Counted from the first letter of the stretch, positions 18,732-29,698 are shown. The stretch is DNA of 64,000 bases from Candidatus Woesearchaeota archaeon (GCA_018302805.1 JAGVZD010000003.1:6538-70537), one strand, 5' to 3'. Translations and numbers: made by a program. Notes: generated by a model not told the origin, from the sequence alone.

Positions 18732-19256
18732 ATGACAGTAATTAAGACTAAAGATTTTAAACTTCGACATGTAAAACTTTCAGATGCAAGGGTCTTTTTT
18801 GAAGCAGAACAAGACAAGGAAGCTAGACGGAATTTTATGACAACTCCTAAAAGTGTCAAAGAAGTAGAAGAAGATATAAAAAATGAGATTTCACAATATG
18901 AAAAAGAGAAACCCACATCAGAAAGGTTTACTATTGAATTAAATGGAAAATGTGCTGGATGGATTTCGATTAATCAATTAAATACCCCCTTCTTTGAGCA
19001 TAAAGCAAAAATTGACTTTTGTCTTCATCCAGAATATAGAGGTAAAGATATTATGACAAAAATTGTTAAGAAAGTTATTGATTATGCCTTTAAGAAATAT
19101 AAGTTAAAAAGACTTGAAGCGTGGACGAGGACATTCAATAGAACTGTTGCAAGATTAAATGTAAAGGCAGGTTTCAAACTTGAAGGGATATTAAGAAAAA
19201 ACAAATGCAAAAATGGAGAATATCTTGATGACATGGTTTGGGCGATTATCAGGTAA
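18732..19256 (+). CDS. GNAT-family N-acetyltransferase (RimJ/RimL-like)
   Basis: 174 aa with an acetyl-CoA-binding region (RGKDIMTKIVKKVIDYAF). Confidence 0.7.
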   Translation: MTVIKTKDFKLRHVKLSDARVFFEAEQDKEARRNFMTTPKSVKEVEEDIKNEISQYEKEKPTSERFTIELNGKCAGWISINQLNTPFFEHKAKIDFCLHPEYRGKDIMTKIVKKVIDYAFKKYKLKRLEAWTRTFNRTVARLNVKAGFKLEGILRKNKCKNGEYLDDMVWAIIR

Positions 19257-19290
19257 TTTTATCTCTAATATTAAATAACAAAATTCTCAA

Positions 19291-20652
19291 TTAATATGCC
19301 ATCCTAATTCCTTTGCCTTTAAACTTCTTCATCAATTTATTTAAATCAGTATCTTTAGAACTTCCTTTAAACATCTTCATCATTTTCTTACTTTGTTTAT
19401 ACTGCTTTAATAATTCTCTAACTTCTCTTGCAGTTGTTCCACTTCCAAGAGCAATTCTATCTATTCTAGTTCTGGAAATTATTTCAGGATCTTCTAATTC
19501 TTTCTTAGTGCAAGAATCCATTATAAATTTCCACTTTTTTAATTTTTCTTCTTGGACATTTAACATTTCTTTAGGTATATTCATATTTCCCATTCCCGGG
19601 ATTAATTCAACAATCTTATTCAGTGGGCCCATTTTTTTCATGGCTTCCATCTGCTGATATAAATCAACAAAATTAAATTCCCCGCCAAGCATCCTCTTCC
19701 CTAATTTATCTGCTTGTTCTTCGTCAATAGCTTCTCTAGTTTTTTCTAATAAAGCTTTGAGATCACCCATCCCTAATAATCTTGATACAAAACCTTCTGG
19801 ATTAAATTCTTCTAAATCTTCAATTTTTTCGCCTACACCAATAAACTTTACAGGGGCTTGTGTAACAGCACACGCGCTCAAAGCCCCTCCTGCTCGAGCA
19901 GTGCCATCCATCTTAGTGATTAAAATACCAGTAATATTACATGTCTCATGAAATTTGGTTGCCTGCTCTTCAGCAGTCTGCCCGATATCCGCACTAATCA
20001 CTAGAATTCTTTCATCAGGTTTAATTTCCTTATTAATATCATTAATTTCTTGAATAAGATCATCACTTAATGCATCCCTACCAGCAGTATCAATTATAAT
20101 AATATCAAATTTATTCAGCTCAACTTTAAATCTCTTATAAATATTAAGAGCATTTTTTTCTTTTTTATCAATAAACGTAGAAATATTTATTTGATTTCCA
20201 ATCTGTTCAATTTGATCCATAGCAGCAGGTCTATGAATATCTAGTCCTAATATACCTACTTTGTATCCTCTTTTACTATAATACTTTGCAAGCTTTCCTG
20301 CACTTGTAGATTTACCACTTCCAAATAAACCCACTAATAGAATTTGAAATGGTTTTTTTTCAGATATATTTATCCCTTTCTGTTCACTTCCTAAGAAATT
20401 AACAAGTTCTTCAAATACAATTTTAACCAGATGCTCTTTTTGATTTATAGAACTTGGCGCTTTTTCTTCTGTTGCTCTTTTCTTAATTTTATTTGTCAAG
20501 TCTAATACTAATTTAACATTTACATCACTTCGTAATAGGGCTTTCTGAATATCCTTAACAAGTTCATTAATCAGAGTTTCATCTACAAAAATAGCCCTAG
20601 TTATCTTCTTTAAGGTTTCCTTTAATGAATTACTTAAGCCTTCTAAAACCAT
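19291..20652 (-). CDS. srp54: Signal recognition particle protein SRP54
   Basis: GTPase motifs GLFGSGKSTSAGKLA and DTAGR, with a Met-rich C-terminal M domain. Length 453 aa. Confidence 0.9.
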   Translation of the reverse strand: MVLEGLSNSLKETLKKITRAIFVDETLINELVKDIQKALLRSDVNVKLVLDLTNKIKKRATEEKAPSSINQKEHLVKIVFEELVNFLGSEQKGINISEKKPFQILLVGLFGSGKSTSAGKLAKYYSKRGYKVGILGLDIHRPAAMDQIEQIGNQINISTFIDKKEKNALNIYKRFKVELNKFDIIIIDTAGRDALSDDLIQEINDINKEIKPDERILVISADIGQTAEEQATKFHETCNITGILITKMDGTARAGGALSACAVTQAPVKFIGVGEKIEDLEEFNPEGFVSRLLGMGDLKALLEKTREAIDEEQADKLGKRMLGGEFNFVDLYQQMEAMKKMGPLNKIVELIPGMGNMNIPKEMLNVQEEKLKKWKFIMDSCTKKELEDPEIISRTRIDRIALGSGTTAREVRELLKQYKQSKKMMKMFKGSSKDTDLNKLMKKFKGKGIRMAY

Positions 20653-20701
20653 GATTACCTCAAAAACAAAGTAATTTAAAAACCTTTATATTTCTAAATT
20701 T

Positions 20702-21928
20702 ATGGGTATTTTTAAGGATCTTAAAAGAAAAGAAGTTATTGCTTGGGCGTTTTATGATTTTGCAAATTCTTCATTTGCTTTATTAATACTAAGTTTTGTT
20801 TATCCAATATTTTTTAAAGAAGTAATAGCGGGAAGTAATGGTGATTTTTGGTGGGGTTTAAACGTAAGTATTTCAGTTTTATTAGCGGGATTATTATCTC
20901 CTATAATTGGAGCAATTGCAGACTATGACTCAAGAAAGAAAATTAGATTTATCACATTTGCAGTTTTAGCTGCAGTAGGGACAGCACTATTATACTTTAC
21001 AGGTTCAGGTTTACTATTATTTTCTTCTATTTTATTCATAATAACTAGTATGTGTTTTGAAATTGCTCAAACACTTTACGATTCTTTTTTAATTAATATT
21101 TCTACAAAAGAAAATGCAGGAAAAATATCTGGATTCGGATGGGGTTTTGGATATTTAGGTGGAATTGCAGCTATGCTGCTTCTAAGGCCATTTTATATAA
21201 ATGGGTTTGAGCAAAATTTAAATTTTTATAAGCTTACTTTCCCATTAACTGCATTATTTTTCTTTGTATTCTCAATTCCAATTTTTATTTTTATAAAAGA
21301 AAATAAATCCAATATAAAAAATAAATTTAGTGATTTAGTGAAAATAGGTTTTTCTAGAGTAAAAAATACTTTAGAAGAGGTAAAAACACATAAAAATATT
21401 GGTCTATTTTTAATTGCATTTTATTTAATGAGTGATGCTTTAGTAACTCTATTTGCATTTATACCAATATATGCAAGAACAACACTTCAATTAACAGTTT
21501 CTGAGATTGCGGTTATATTTTTAATTATACAGCTTATTGCATTTCCTACGACTCTTATTTTTGGCATTATAAGTGACAAAATAAGCTCAAAGAAAATGCT
21601 ATTAACAACATTATGTTTATGGATTATAATTGTTATTCTATTAGCCACTGCAAATTCAAAACAAATGTTTTACGTAATTGCTTTCCTAACTGCTTTAGTT
21701 GTCGGCTCTAGTCAAAGTATAGCTAGAGCTTGGTTAAGTAAAATCATACCTGAAAATAAAAAAACAGAGTTCTTTGGTTTTAATGGATTTGCCAATAAAG
21801 TGTCCGCTACTACAGGCCCGTTAATATTTGGGATCTTTTCAGTTTTATTTAATCAAAGAATTGCAATGATACCTATAGCTTTATTCTTTTTAGCTTCATT
21901 TGTAATATTCTTAAAAGTTAAAGAATAA
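20702..21928 (+). CDS. MFS-type transporter
   Basis: 408 aa with about 12 TM helices and the two-times-six topology. Confidence 0.65.
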   Translation: MGIFKDLKRKEVIAWAFYDFANSSFALLILSFVYPIFFKEVIAGSNGDFWWGLNVSISVLLAGLLSPIIGAIADYDSRKKIRFITFAVLAAVGTALLYFTGSGLLLFSSILFIITSMCFEIAQTLYDSFLINISTKENAGKISGFGWGFGYLGGIAAMLLLRPFYINGFEQNLNFYKLTFPLTALFFFVFSIPIFIFIKENKSNIKNKFSDLVKIGFSRVKNTLEEVKTHKNIGLFLIAFYLMSDALVTLFAFIPIYARTTLQLTVSEIAVIFLIIQLIAFPTTLIFGIISDKISSKKMLLTTLCLWIIIVILLATANSKQMFYVIAFLTALVVGSSQSIARAWLSKIIPENKKTEFFGFNGFANKVSATTGPLIFGIFSVLFNQRIAMIPIALFFLASFVIFLKVKE

Positions 21929-21932
21929 TCTT

Positions 21933-22205
21933 TTATTTTATAATAGAAGAATATTTCTCTAAAAATTCCACAATTTCTTTTTTCTTATTATGATTTAAAG
22001 AAATGTGAATTTCTCCTGTTGAACTTTTAGAAATTATAAATTCCAGTCTATAAAGTTCTTTTATAGATTCATTAGTAATTTTTTCTCCCCTTAAATGTTT
22101 GGGCAAGGCCTTTAATAAATTTTTATTTTCAGTATGTTTGCCACCCCACATATTTAAATTAATTAATTTTCTAAGAAGTCTTGTCATAATAATTTCTTTT
22201 TGCAT
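21933..22205 (-). CDS. Hypothetical protein
   Basis: 90-aa ORF. No motif recognised. Confidence 0.3.
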   Translation of the reverse strand: MQKEIIMTRLLRKLINLNMWGGKHTENKNLLKALPKHLRGEKITNESIKELYRLEFIISKSSTGEIHISLNHNKKKEIVEFLEKYSSIIK

Positions 22206-22323
22206 AATTTTGTAATCTATCTTTAATTTTTAAATATATGTTCTAATTATGGTTATATAGTGTTCCAATTTAGAAACATTTATATATAAGTTTATATTAG
22301 AAAATAATAGGAAATAATATAAT

Positions 22324-22632
22324 ATGGAAGAAACAATATTTACAAAGGCTGTTGGAAATACTGCTAAAATAAAAGTATTAGAGTTTTTAATCGAGGGAAG
22401 AGAATTAGATTATTCTTTATCAGATATAGCTGAAGGTTCTGGAATAGGAAGAACAACTTTGTTTAGGATTTGGAATGACTTTGAAAAGCTAAATTTAGTC
22501 ATACAAACAAGAACAATTGGTAATGCTAAATTATTTAAACTAAATAATAAAAACCCATTTGTTAAAAGATTAATTGAATTATTTGATTCATTAATTATTA
22601 ACTCTTTAAAAGAAAAAGAAATAGAAGTCTAA
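22324..22632 (+). CDS. Small winged-helix DNA-binding protein
   Basis: 102 aa. Carries LSDIAEGSGIGRTTLFRIWNDFEKLNLV, an HTH-like segment. Confidence 0.4.
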   Translation: MEETIFTKAVGNTAKIKVLEFLIEGRELDYSLSDIAEGSGIGRTTLFRIWNDFEKLNLVIQTRTIGNAKLFKLNNKNPFVKRLIELFDSLIINSLKEKEIEV

Positions 22633-22694
22633 AACTGTTGAAAATAAAGAACTTAATTTAAATAAGATTATACTTAATCAATTACATAAATTTT

Positions 22695-22934
22695 CTAAAA
22701 CCATTCATTCATTATTGCACTGGCCATTTTCCCTTCACAAATTTTCTCAATTTCAGATTTTCTTAATCCTTGATTACACCATTCATTTTTGAGAATGCGA
22801 CCACTACTTAACTCAAGTATGTCGAGTCTTCTTTGATAATCGGCTCTATCATTAAAAAATTCCAATGATGGACAAGCCTTATAACTCCATGCTATATAAC
22901 CATAATAGACCTTTTCCTCAGCCATAATAAACAA
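22695..22934 (-). CDS. Hypothetical protein
   Basis: 79-aa ORF with four Cys. No motif recognised. Confidence 0.3.
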   Translation of the reverse strand: MFIMAEEKVYYGYIAWSYKACPSLEFFNDRADYQRRLDILELSSGRILKNEWCNQGLRKSEIEKICEGKMASAIMNEWF

Positions 22935-22965
22935 ATTTACAACAAATTTATAAAGCTTATGAATT

Positions 22966-23415
22966 CTAGTCTAAAGTTCTTATAATTTCCTTTGCATCTT
23001 TCTTAACTTGAATAGCAGTTTCTTTAGCTTTTAAATATTCTTTATTATTATAATAATTATATGAAATATTAAAACTATCTTTTATTTTATCAAGTCTTTT
23101 TTGTGCATCTATCATCTTATCTTTGTTAATTCTATTTTTATCTTCTAAATCAATTAATAGTTCTTGAATTTCTGCAATTTTGTTTTCAGTAGAAAAAATA
23201 TTTTTTCTTGCTTGATATTCTTCCAAAACTAAAATTTCATTATCTTCAACTTTAGTATTATTCTCAACTGATTTAGTATCATTTTTTACGACTTTAACTT
23301 CTTCTTTAGGTTCTATGACAATTTTCCCAGTAATTTCCTCTTTTGAAACTTCTTTTTGTATATTACAAGAACTTATTATTAATGCAAAGATAAAAATTAA
23401 TAATATTTTCTTCAT
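22966..23415 (-). CDS. Putative lipoprotein or secreted coiled-coil protein
   Basis: N-terminal signal peptide with a lipobox-like ISSC. The remainder is charged and helical. Length 149 aa. Confidence 0.4.
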   Translation of the reverse strand: MKKILLIFIFALIISSCNIQKEVSKEEITGKIVIEPKEEVKVVKNDTKSVENNTKVEDNEILVLEEYQARKNIFSTENKIAEIQELLIDLEDKNRINKDKMIDAQKRLDKIKDSFNISYNYYNNKEYLKAKETAIQVKKDAKEIIRTLD

Positions 23416-23463
23416 AGAATATTAAAGTTATAAAGAATTAATAAGCATTTATTTAGTTTAAAA

Positions 23464-24554
23464 TTACAATCCCAAACTATTTATTATTTCCTCTTTTTTA
23501 AATTCTTTTAGGTCTTCTACTTTTTGTCCCATCCCTAAATAAATGATTGGTTTATCAATTACATAACTAATAGAAATTGCAGCTCCACCTCTTTCATCAA
23601 TATCCGCTTTACTTAAAATTATAGCATCTATGTTTTAGCTTGTTCAATGCAATCATTTCCAGTAGTACTCTCTCCAACAAAGACTTTTAAATTAGGTTTG
23701 ATTACCCTCACAATTTTTTCCATTTGCTGAGTTAAATTTAAATTGTTGTGTTGCCTTCCAGCAGTATCTATTAAAACACAGGCTATGTTATGTGCTTTAG
23801 CAAAGGCTACACCGTCATAAGCTACTGCAGTTGGATCGCTCCCATATTGGTGTTTTATTACTTTAATCCCGATCTTATTTCCCTGGGCTTCAAGTTGCTC
23901 AATTGCTGCACTTCTCCACGTATCTGCAGCCACCATTATACTGCTTATATTATTATTTTTTAATTTTGATGCTAATTTAGAGATTGTTGTTGTTTTTCCA
24001 GCTCCATTAATGCCAAAGAACACAATTACAAATGGTTTATGTTTAGAATTTTTAATGGTTGTAGCTAAATCATATTTAGTTTGCTTGAACAATTTTTCAA
24101 TGCTTTTTTTAAGATTTAATTGGATAATTTCCTGCACCTTACCTCTTTCTATAGTATTTTGGGTTAGCTGCTTTTTTAAGTCCTCTTTTATTTTTTCTAT
24201 GACCTCTACAGCAACATTATTTTCCATCAGTACAAGCTCTAAATCCCAAAATAGATTCTCAAATTCTTCCTGGCTTAAGACCTTAGAAGTTACTTTCTGC
24301 TTTATTTTTGAGAAAATATTTTTGCTCGATTTTATGACCTCTTCTTTTACTTCTTGTTTTTGTTCAAGTACCTGAACATTATGATCCTCAAACTTGTCTG
24401 TAGGTTTTTCATATTTTCTAACTTCAATTTGTTTTGTTTGTCCTTTCTTTTCAGTTTCAACGCCAGAACCTTCAATAGGTGTCTGTTTATCCTCGATTTT
24501 TTTTGATATTCGATTAACTGCACTTTTGAGTTTCTCTTTTAAGAATTTAAACAT
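23464..24554 (-). pseudogene. ftsY: SRP receptor FtsY with a frameshift at an A4 run (23631-23636)
   Basis: The main ORF, 24554 to 23628, ends ...DCIEQAKT*. The conserved FtsY C-terminus NIDAIILSKADIDERGGAAISISYVIDKPIIYLGMGQKVEDL reads in a different frame, from 23634 down to the stop at 23464-23466. One extra A would restore ...QAKNIDAIIL.... GTPase motifs GINGAGKTTT and DTAGR are present. Confidence 0.8.
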
Positions 24555-24603
24555 ATACTTTGGAATATAAATAAACTTTTAAACATTTTGCTTTATATCT
24601 AAT

Positions 24604-25440
24604 CTATTTTATCCGAGACAATAGATTCTCAGCCTCATCTAAATTACCTTGGTTTATGAGATCCCTAGCATTTTTAAATGGATTATTACTTACTTCAACT
24701 TCCCTGATAATTTTATTTTTTTTCGGTATTACAATCCTTTCGGGTTTAGCCTTTTTTATGATTTGAATAGGTTTTGATATTTTTTCATCGCCTTTGACTA
24801 TTTTACCCTTTAATTTACCCTCATGTAACCTCTCTAGTTCAATTCTTTTTTGAATATCTGAGTAGGCTCTATTTAGCAACTTGAACATCTCAGTTCTTTG
24901 TGCATAAGTGGCATATCTACTAAGAATATTATGTATCGGAATTAGTTCATAATATTTATCTATAGCAGTTTCAACCATTCCTAATTCAATAAAATAATAA
25001 ATTTCTAATAACCTTTTACCAAAAATATCCTTATGCTTTAAAGCATTATAAGCTTCAGACAGTCTTAAAAAATTCTTTTGGACATATTCATGTAGCGCTT
25101 GATGGCTTATATTTTCTAATTTTCCATGAATTGCTTCTAATTTTTCTTTAACTAATTCTATGTCTGCTTGCTGATCAAATAATATCATTGCTTCCTTGAT
25201 TTTATAATAAGCAAGGATATCATGATTATAAGAATTAACCCTATCAGCGAATTCATCTTGGTCTTCTAATTTCATATTTCTAAAAATATTATTAATTCTC
25301 CTATAGAAACTTAACGCATCATCAAATTTATTTTGATCCATCAATAGTTCAATAGTATTTAAGAGCGCCTTCAATTTGTTCTTGAGAAACATAGTTTTTA
25401 GTATATCTTTTAATATATAAATTTTATCAAACTTATTCAT
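24604..25440 (-). CDS. Hypothetical helical protein
   Basis: 278 aa. Shares an 8-nt overlap with the upstream gene (25433). Confidence 0.35.
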   Translation of the reverse strand: MNKFDKIYILKDILKTMFLKNKLKALLNTIELLMDQNKFDDALSFYRRINNIFRNMKLEDQDEFADRVNSYNHDILAYYKIKEAMILFDQQADIELVKEKLEAIHGKLENISHQALHEYVQKNFLRLSEAYNALKHKDIFGKRLLEIYYFIELGMVETAIDKYYELIPIHNILSRYATYAQRTEMFKLLNRAYSDIQKRIELERLHEGKLKGKIVKGDEKISKPIQIIKKAKPERIVIPKKNKIIREVEVSNNPFKNARDLINQGNLDEAENLLSRIK

Positions 25441-27358
25441 TTATTGAGATTTGATAGACTAATCCTAAAGAAATATCGCATAAATATAAATAACCATTTT
25501 GATATGTCATTCCACCAATTGTACTTGATGGTGAATCAAATTCTTTAATATGCCTACCATTGTTCATATCCAGCCTAATAATTTTATCCTTCTGAGGTTC
25601 GTTATGGTCATCCATTACATAAGCATAATTAGGGGAAAGCGCTAATGGTCCTACAAAATTAATATCTAAGTCTAACCTTCCAATTTCGCTGAAATCATTT
25701 TTGTTTAACTTATAAAGCCTATCAGTATGGTCAGAAACGCACCAAAGCTCATTGTCCTTAAATGCAATTCCTTTAATTTGAGTACATCTACCATTACTTA
25801 TATCTTCAGAATCTGGAGCAATCCCAGAATCAACTGTCAATAAAGTTTCATGATTTAGTTTTACCAAATAATCTAGCCCTCTCGAACCACATGCAGCAAC
25901 CCATAAATTTTGGCCATCATATGATAGTGCTCTATGGTGATTAAAAACCTGGATTGGTCTATGGGGAGGCAATTCTCCATTTAAATCAACATCAGAAAAA
26001 AGTATTCCATTATAGGCTAATAATTCAACTAAATTTTCACGAAAAGCGATTCCATTAAAATTAAACCCAAAGTTCCAAGAATTAACTAAAAAACCATCAG
26101 TTGATTCAATATGGGCATTAATATCATTAAATATATTATTTCTATTTTCTATTAATTGCCAATGATTTACTCCATTGTATATATTAGTAATAGTACTTAA
26201 TGTTCTTTCAAATTCTGGAAAATTATTATGTAAAGGATTACTGCTCTCGTCTCCAACCAAATTATCATCATCTCCAGGTATAAGCGCACTAAAGATTCCA
26301 TTGTAATTACCTAAAATTATGTAGTATCTAACAAATCTTGTTGTAATCAAAGGGGTATTTAATCTTGAAAACAAATCAGAACCTCTAACCAAAGATTGTG
26401 CACCTAGTGAGGTATATGGATTAAAAATTTGAAGATTTTCTGGATTTTCATTGTTTATTAAATACTCAACAACATTATTTATTAAATCAATAGAATATAC
26501 ACCATTATTTGGAGCTCCGAATTGATAAAAATCATTATATCTTTCTGGATTCATTCTAATTGCTAATCTTCCAACTACCCCTCCCATTGAATGTCCATAA
26601 GAATCAATATTATCAAGTTGATTATTATTTAATAAATCCTCTAAGGCTCTTGCATTATTTTCTGGTAAATCACTAGTAGGATAAGTAAAACTAGCAATAT
26701 TTCCATGATATTTATTAAATAAAAAGTTAAATAATGTAGGTTGCGGATCATTTGGATCATTAAATGTTCTTGAATTGCTACCTAGTCCATGAAGAATTAA
26801 AGCATACCTAGCCCCAGATGAAGGATCCCCATATATTTCAAGAGTTGGACTTGGTTCATTAACATTATTAACCCAAAAATCAACATTTGACAAATTCTTT
26901 CTTTGTTCATTATTAGGCATATAAGGAATTACTAAAGTACTATCAATCGTAAAATCATGAATTTGAAATCTACCTTCACTTCTAGAAATTACTATGTCAG
27001 AATTACTAAATCTTTCATTTTTTGGTTTGAATTCTAAATAAAGGCTGTCTTCAATAGATGCAGTAGTTCTTAAACCTAGTAAAGCTGTTTTATTGCTTAC
27101 ATTACTTGCTACACTTATATTTTCACCACTACTTCTAATTTCAACTTCAGCATCATCTTCTAAGGAATTTGCAGGAATATTAACAATAAAATTTCTAGTT
27201 TCAATTCTGGCTCCAATGTCATTATCAACATTTACAGTAGTTATTTCTTCTTGAGGTTCTGGTTCATCTGGCTTAGTGGGTTTGGAACCACATGCTAAGT
27301 TAATACTTAATAGAATTGGAATTGAATATTTAAAAAATCTATTAGTCATTGTAACCAT
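25433..27358 (-). CDS. Secreted alpha/beta-hydrolase (lipase/esterase GHSMG) fused to a beta-propeller (NHL/SMP-30-like) domain
   Basis: N-terminal signal with a lipobox-like LACGS. Carries the GHSMGG nucleophile elbow. C-terminal repeats (LYLCDISLGLVYQI, YAYVMDD). Length 641 aa. Confidence 0.55.
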   Translation of the reverse strand: MVTMTNRFFKYSIPILLSINLACGSKPTKPDEPEPQEEITTVNVDNDIGARIETRNFIVNIPANSLEDDAEVEIRSSGENISVASNVSNKTALLGLRTTASIEDSLYLEFKPKNERFSNSDIVISRSEGRFQIHDFTIDSTLVIPYMPNNEQRKNLSNVDFWVNNVNEPSPTLEIYGDPSSGARYALILHGLGSNSRTFNDPNDPQPTLFNFLFNKYHGNIASFTYPTSDLPENNARALEDLLNNNQLDNIDSYGHSMGGVVGRLAIRMNPERYNDFYQFGAPNNGVYSIDLINNVVEYLINNENPENLQIFNPYTSLGAQSLVRGSDLFSRLNTPLITTRFVRYYIILGNYNGIFSALIPGDDDNLVGDESSNPLHNNFPEFERTLSTITNIYNGVNHWQLIENRNNIFNDINAHIESTDGFLVNSWNFGFNFNGIAFRENLVELLAYNGILFSDVDLNGELPPHRPIQVFNHHRALSYDGQNLWVAACGSRGLDYLVKLNHETLLTVDSGIAPDSEDISNGRCTQIKGIAFKDNELWCVSDHTDRLYKLNKNDFSEIGRLDLDINFVGPLALSPNYAYVMDDHNEPQKDKIIRLDMNNGRHIKEFDSPSSTIGGMTYQNGYLYLCDISLGLVYQISINE

Positions 27359-27413
27359 TATATAATGGTCACTATAAATACATATTTACATTACAAAGTA
27401 TATATTGGAATAA

Positions 27414-27812
27414 TTATTTTAATTCTTGAACTTTAACTTCTATTGTTTCTTTCTGTCCAGAGACTTTGAAATTACTGGTTCTCAGAGTATCCGCAAGCGG
27501 ATATTTTGCAATGTAAAAATAAGCCTTTCGCTCAAGCAATCTATAATGGTCTCTACCAGTAATACTATTTAATCCAAAAAAATCAATTCCATGATAAGCC
27601 CCTACAACTTCGTTATCATTCAAAAATTCTGACCTAGCGCTATCTGACATGTCCAATATTAACCTTGGATATAATGGGTCTATATTAGCCTCTTGAACCT
27701 CTTCAGCAGTTTTTCTTTCAACCAAAATATGTTTTGGAACACAATTAGTGTTTAGATTTATTAATAGTAGACTTGATAGACCTAAAAAAATATCTTTCTT
27801 TACATTTCCCAT
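27414..27812 (-). CDS. Putative lipoprotein
   Basis: 132 aa with a signal peptide (LSSLLLINLNTNC). Confidence 0.4.
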   Translation of the reverse strand: MGNVKKDIFLGLSSLLLINLNTNCVPKHILVERKTAEEVQEANIDPLYPRLILDMSDSARSEFLNDNEVVGAYHGIDFFGLNSITGRDHYRLLERKAYFYIAKYPLADTLRTSNFKVSGQKETIEVKVQELK

Positions 27813-27862
27813 TTTTCAACCTCCGAGAGTTCTGCCAATTAAATCAGAAAAATATTAAAAAC

Positions 27863-29593
27863 CTATCTTTGCCTTTTTTGGTTAATATACCCTTCAAATT
27901 CCTTTAACCCCATTGTATTGATAATGTCATTCTTAGCGGCCCATCCTCTTCTCGCTTGTGCGATTCCGAATTTTAGGAAATCAAAATGTTTTATATTATG
28001 AGCATCACTATCAATGCTTAATTTTGCTCCCATTTTAATTGCCTTTTTAATATATTCATCATTTAGATCTAACCTATCAGGATAAGCATCAATTTCTAAT
28101 ATTGTATTAGTTTCAATTGCCATTTTAATTATTTTATCCATATCAACTTGAAAAGGTTCTCTTTTATGAATAATTCTGCCAGTTGGGTGAAATAAAATAT
28201 CAGCATGTTTATTTTTCATTGCTTTAATAATTCTATTTGTCATATCTTCTTTGCTCATATTGAAATTAGAATGAACCGCTATTCCAACTACATCCAATTG
28301 TTCTAAGGTCTCATCATTAATATCTAGGCTTCCATCTTTAAGAATATTAACTTCTGCACCCTTAAAAATCCTGATTCCATTTAATTCCTTATTAATTCTT
28401 GCAATTTCTTTTCCTTGTTGTATTAGATCTTTTTCTTTAAGACCTCCAGTCATTGCTAATGTTTTAGTGTGATCTGTAATAACAATATATTGCAAGCCAT
28501 ATTTTTTTGCTTCTAAAGCCATCTCCTTAATAGAATTACTACCATCAGTCCAATTAGTTTGTACCTGTAAATCTCCCTTTAATTCATCATAATTTATTAA
28601 CCGAGGTAATTTATTTTCTTTTGCTGCTTTAATCTCATCCCCATGGCTTTCTCTTAACTCCGGTTCAATATATCTTAACCCTAAGGTTTTATACAATTCT
28701 TCTTCTGTTCTTCCAGCAATAAACTTATTCCCTTTAAATAAGCCATATTCACTTAACTTCAATCCTTTATCTTTGGCAATTTGTCTTAATGCAACATTAT
28801 GTTCTTTACTTCCTGTAAAGTAATTCAAAGCAGCCCCATAACTCTTCTCTTCAACAACTCTTATATCAATGTCCATGCCATTCATTAATTTTACAGTACT
28901 TTTAGTTTCGCCCTTTCCATAAATTTTCCCAACTTCCGGCATCTTTGTAAAGAACTCCATAATGGGTTTTGGATTATCACTTATAACTAAAATATCTACA
29001 TCTCCAATTGTTTCCTTCCATCTTCTAACAGAACCAGCAATAATTACTTTTTTTACTTCTTTTAATGATCCAATTCTATCTCTGATTTCGTTAATTAAAG
29101 GAAAAACTTGACCTAATGGAAATCTACCAGTACCTTTCTTAATAAATTCAATTCCTTTTAAGATATTATCTTCTTTTTTTTGTCCCCAACCCTCAAAATT
29201 TCTGAGTTTATTTTCTTTTGCTGCTCTTTCTAATTCTTCTATATTTTTAATCTTTAATTTTTTGTAAAGAAACTTAATACCTTTTGGACCTAAACCTTCA
29301 ACTCTTTTTAATTCATCAATATCAACCGGAAATTTTTCCTTTAGTTCTTCATATTCTTTTATTTTTCCATTTTTGATAAATTCTTCAATTTTTCTTGAAA
29401 TACCTTCGCCAATACTTGGAATTTCTTTTATAGCTTTGATACCACCCTTTTTGTAAATCACTTCAAGGTCTTCATTCAGATCCTGAATTGTTAAAGAAGC
29501 TTTTTCATATGCTCTAGGCTTAAATTGAATATCATCCATATCTAATAAAATGGAAATCTCATAAAGAATTTTAGCAATCTTCTGATTGATCAT
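27863..29593 (-). CDS. polX: DNA polymerase X family protein with a C-terminal PHP domain
   Basis: N-terminal HhH regions, a Pol-beta nucleotidyltransferase motif (GSVRRWKETIGDVDILV) and a C-terminal PHP histidine/aspartate region (ITDHTKT...HSNFN). Length 576 aa. Confidence 0.85.
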   Translation of the reverse strand: MINQKIAKILYEISILLDMDDIQFKPRAYEKASLTIQDLNEDLEVIYKKGGIKAIKEIPSIGEGISRKIEEFIKNGKIKEYEELKEKFPVDIDELKRVEGLGPKGIKFLYKKLKIKNIEELERAAKENKLRNFEGWGQKKEDNILKGIEFIKKGTGRFPLGQVFPLINEIRDRIGSLKEVKKVIIAGSVRRWKETIGDVDILVISDNPKPIMEFFTKMPEVGKIYGKGETKSTVKLMNGMDIDIRVVEEKSYGAALNYFTGSKEHNVALRQIAKDKGLKLSEYGLFKGNKFIAGRTEEELYKTLGLRYIEPELRESHGDEIKAAKENKLPRLINYDELKGDLQVQTNWTDGSNSIKEMALEAKKYGLQYIVITDHTKTLAMTGGLKEKDLIQQGKEIARINKELNGIRIFKGAEVNILKDGSLDINDETLEQLDVVGIAVHSNFNMSKEDMTNRIIKAMKNKHADILFHPTGRIIHKREPFQVDMDKIIKMAIETNTILEIDAYPDRLDLNDEYIKKAIKMGAKLSIDSDAHNIKHFDFLKFGIAQARRGWAAKNDIINTMGLKEFEGYINQKRQR

Positions 29594-29698
29594 AATTAGA
29601 ATATTAAATTACAAATTAATAAAAGTTACTAATAGGCTATTCAGAATCTAAAATCCCTAATTGATATTAATCTTGATTAATTACCATTAATTTTGACA

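Noticed and set aside
23628-23640. Stop-codon reassignment (TAG as sense) to explain the ftsY interruption
   Set aside because: Continuing in the original frame hits further TAA stops at once (M L * F *). The conserved C-terminus is in the -1 frame, so this is a frameshift, not recoding.
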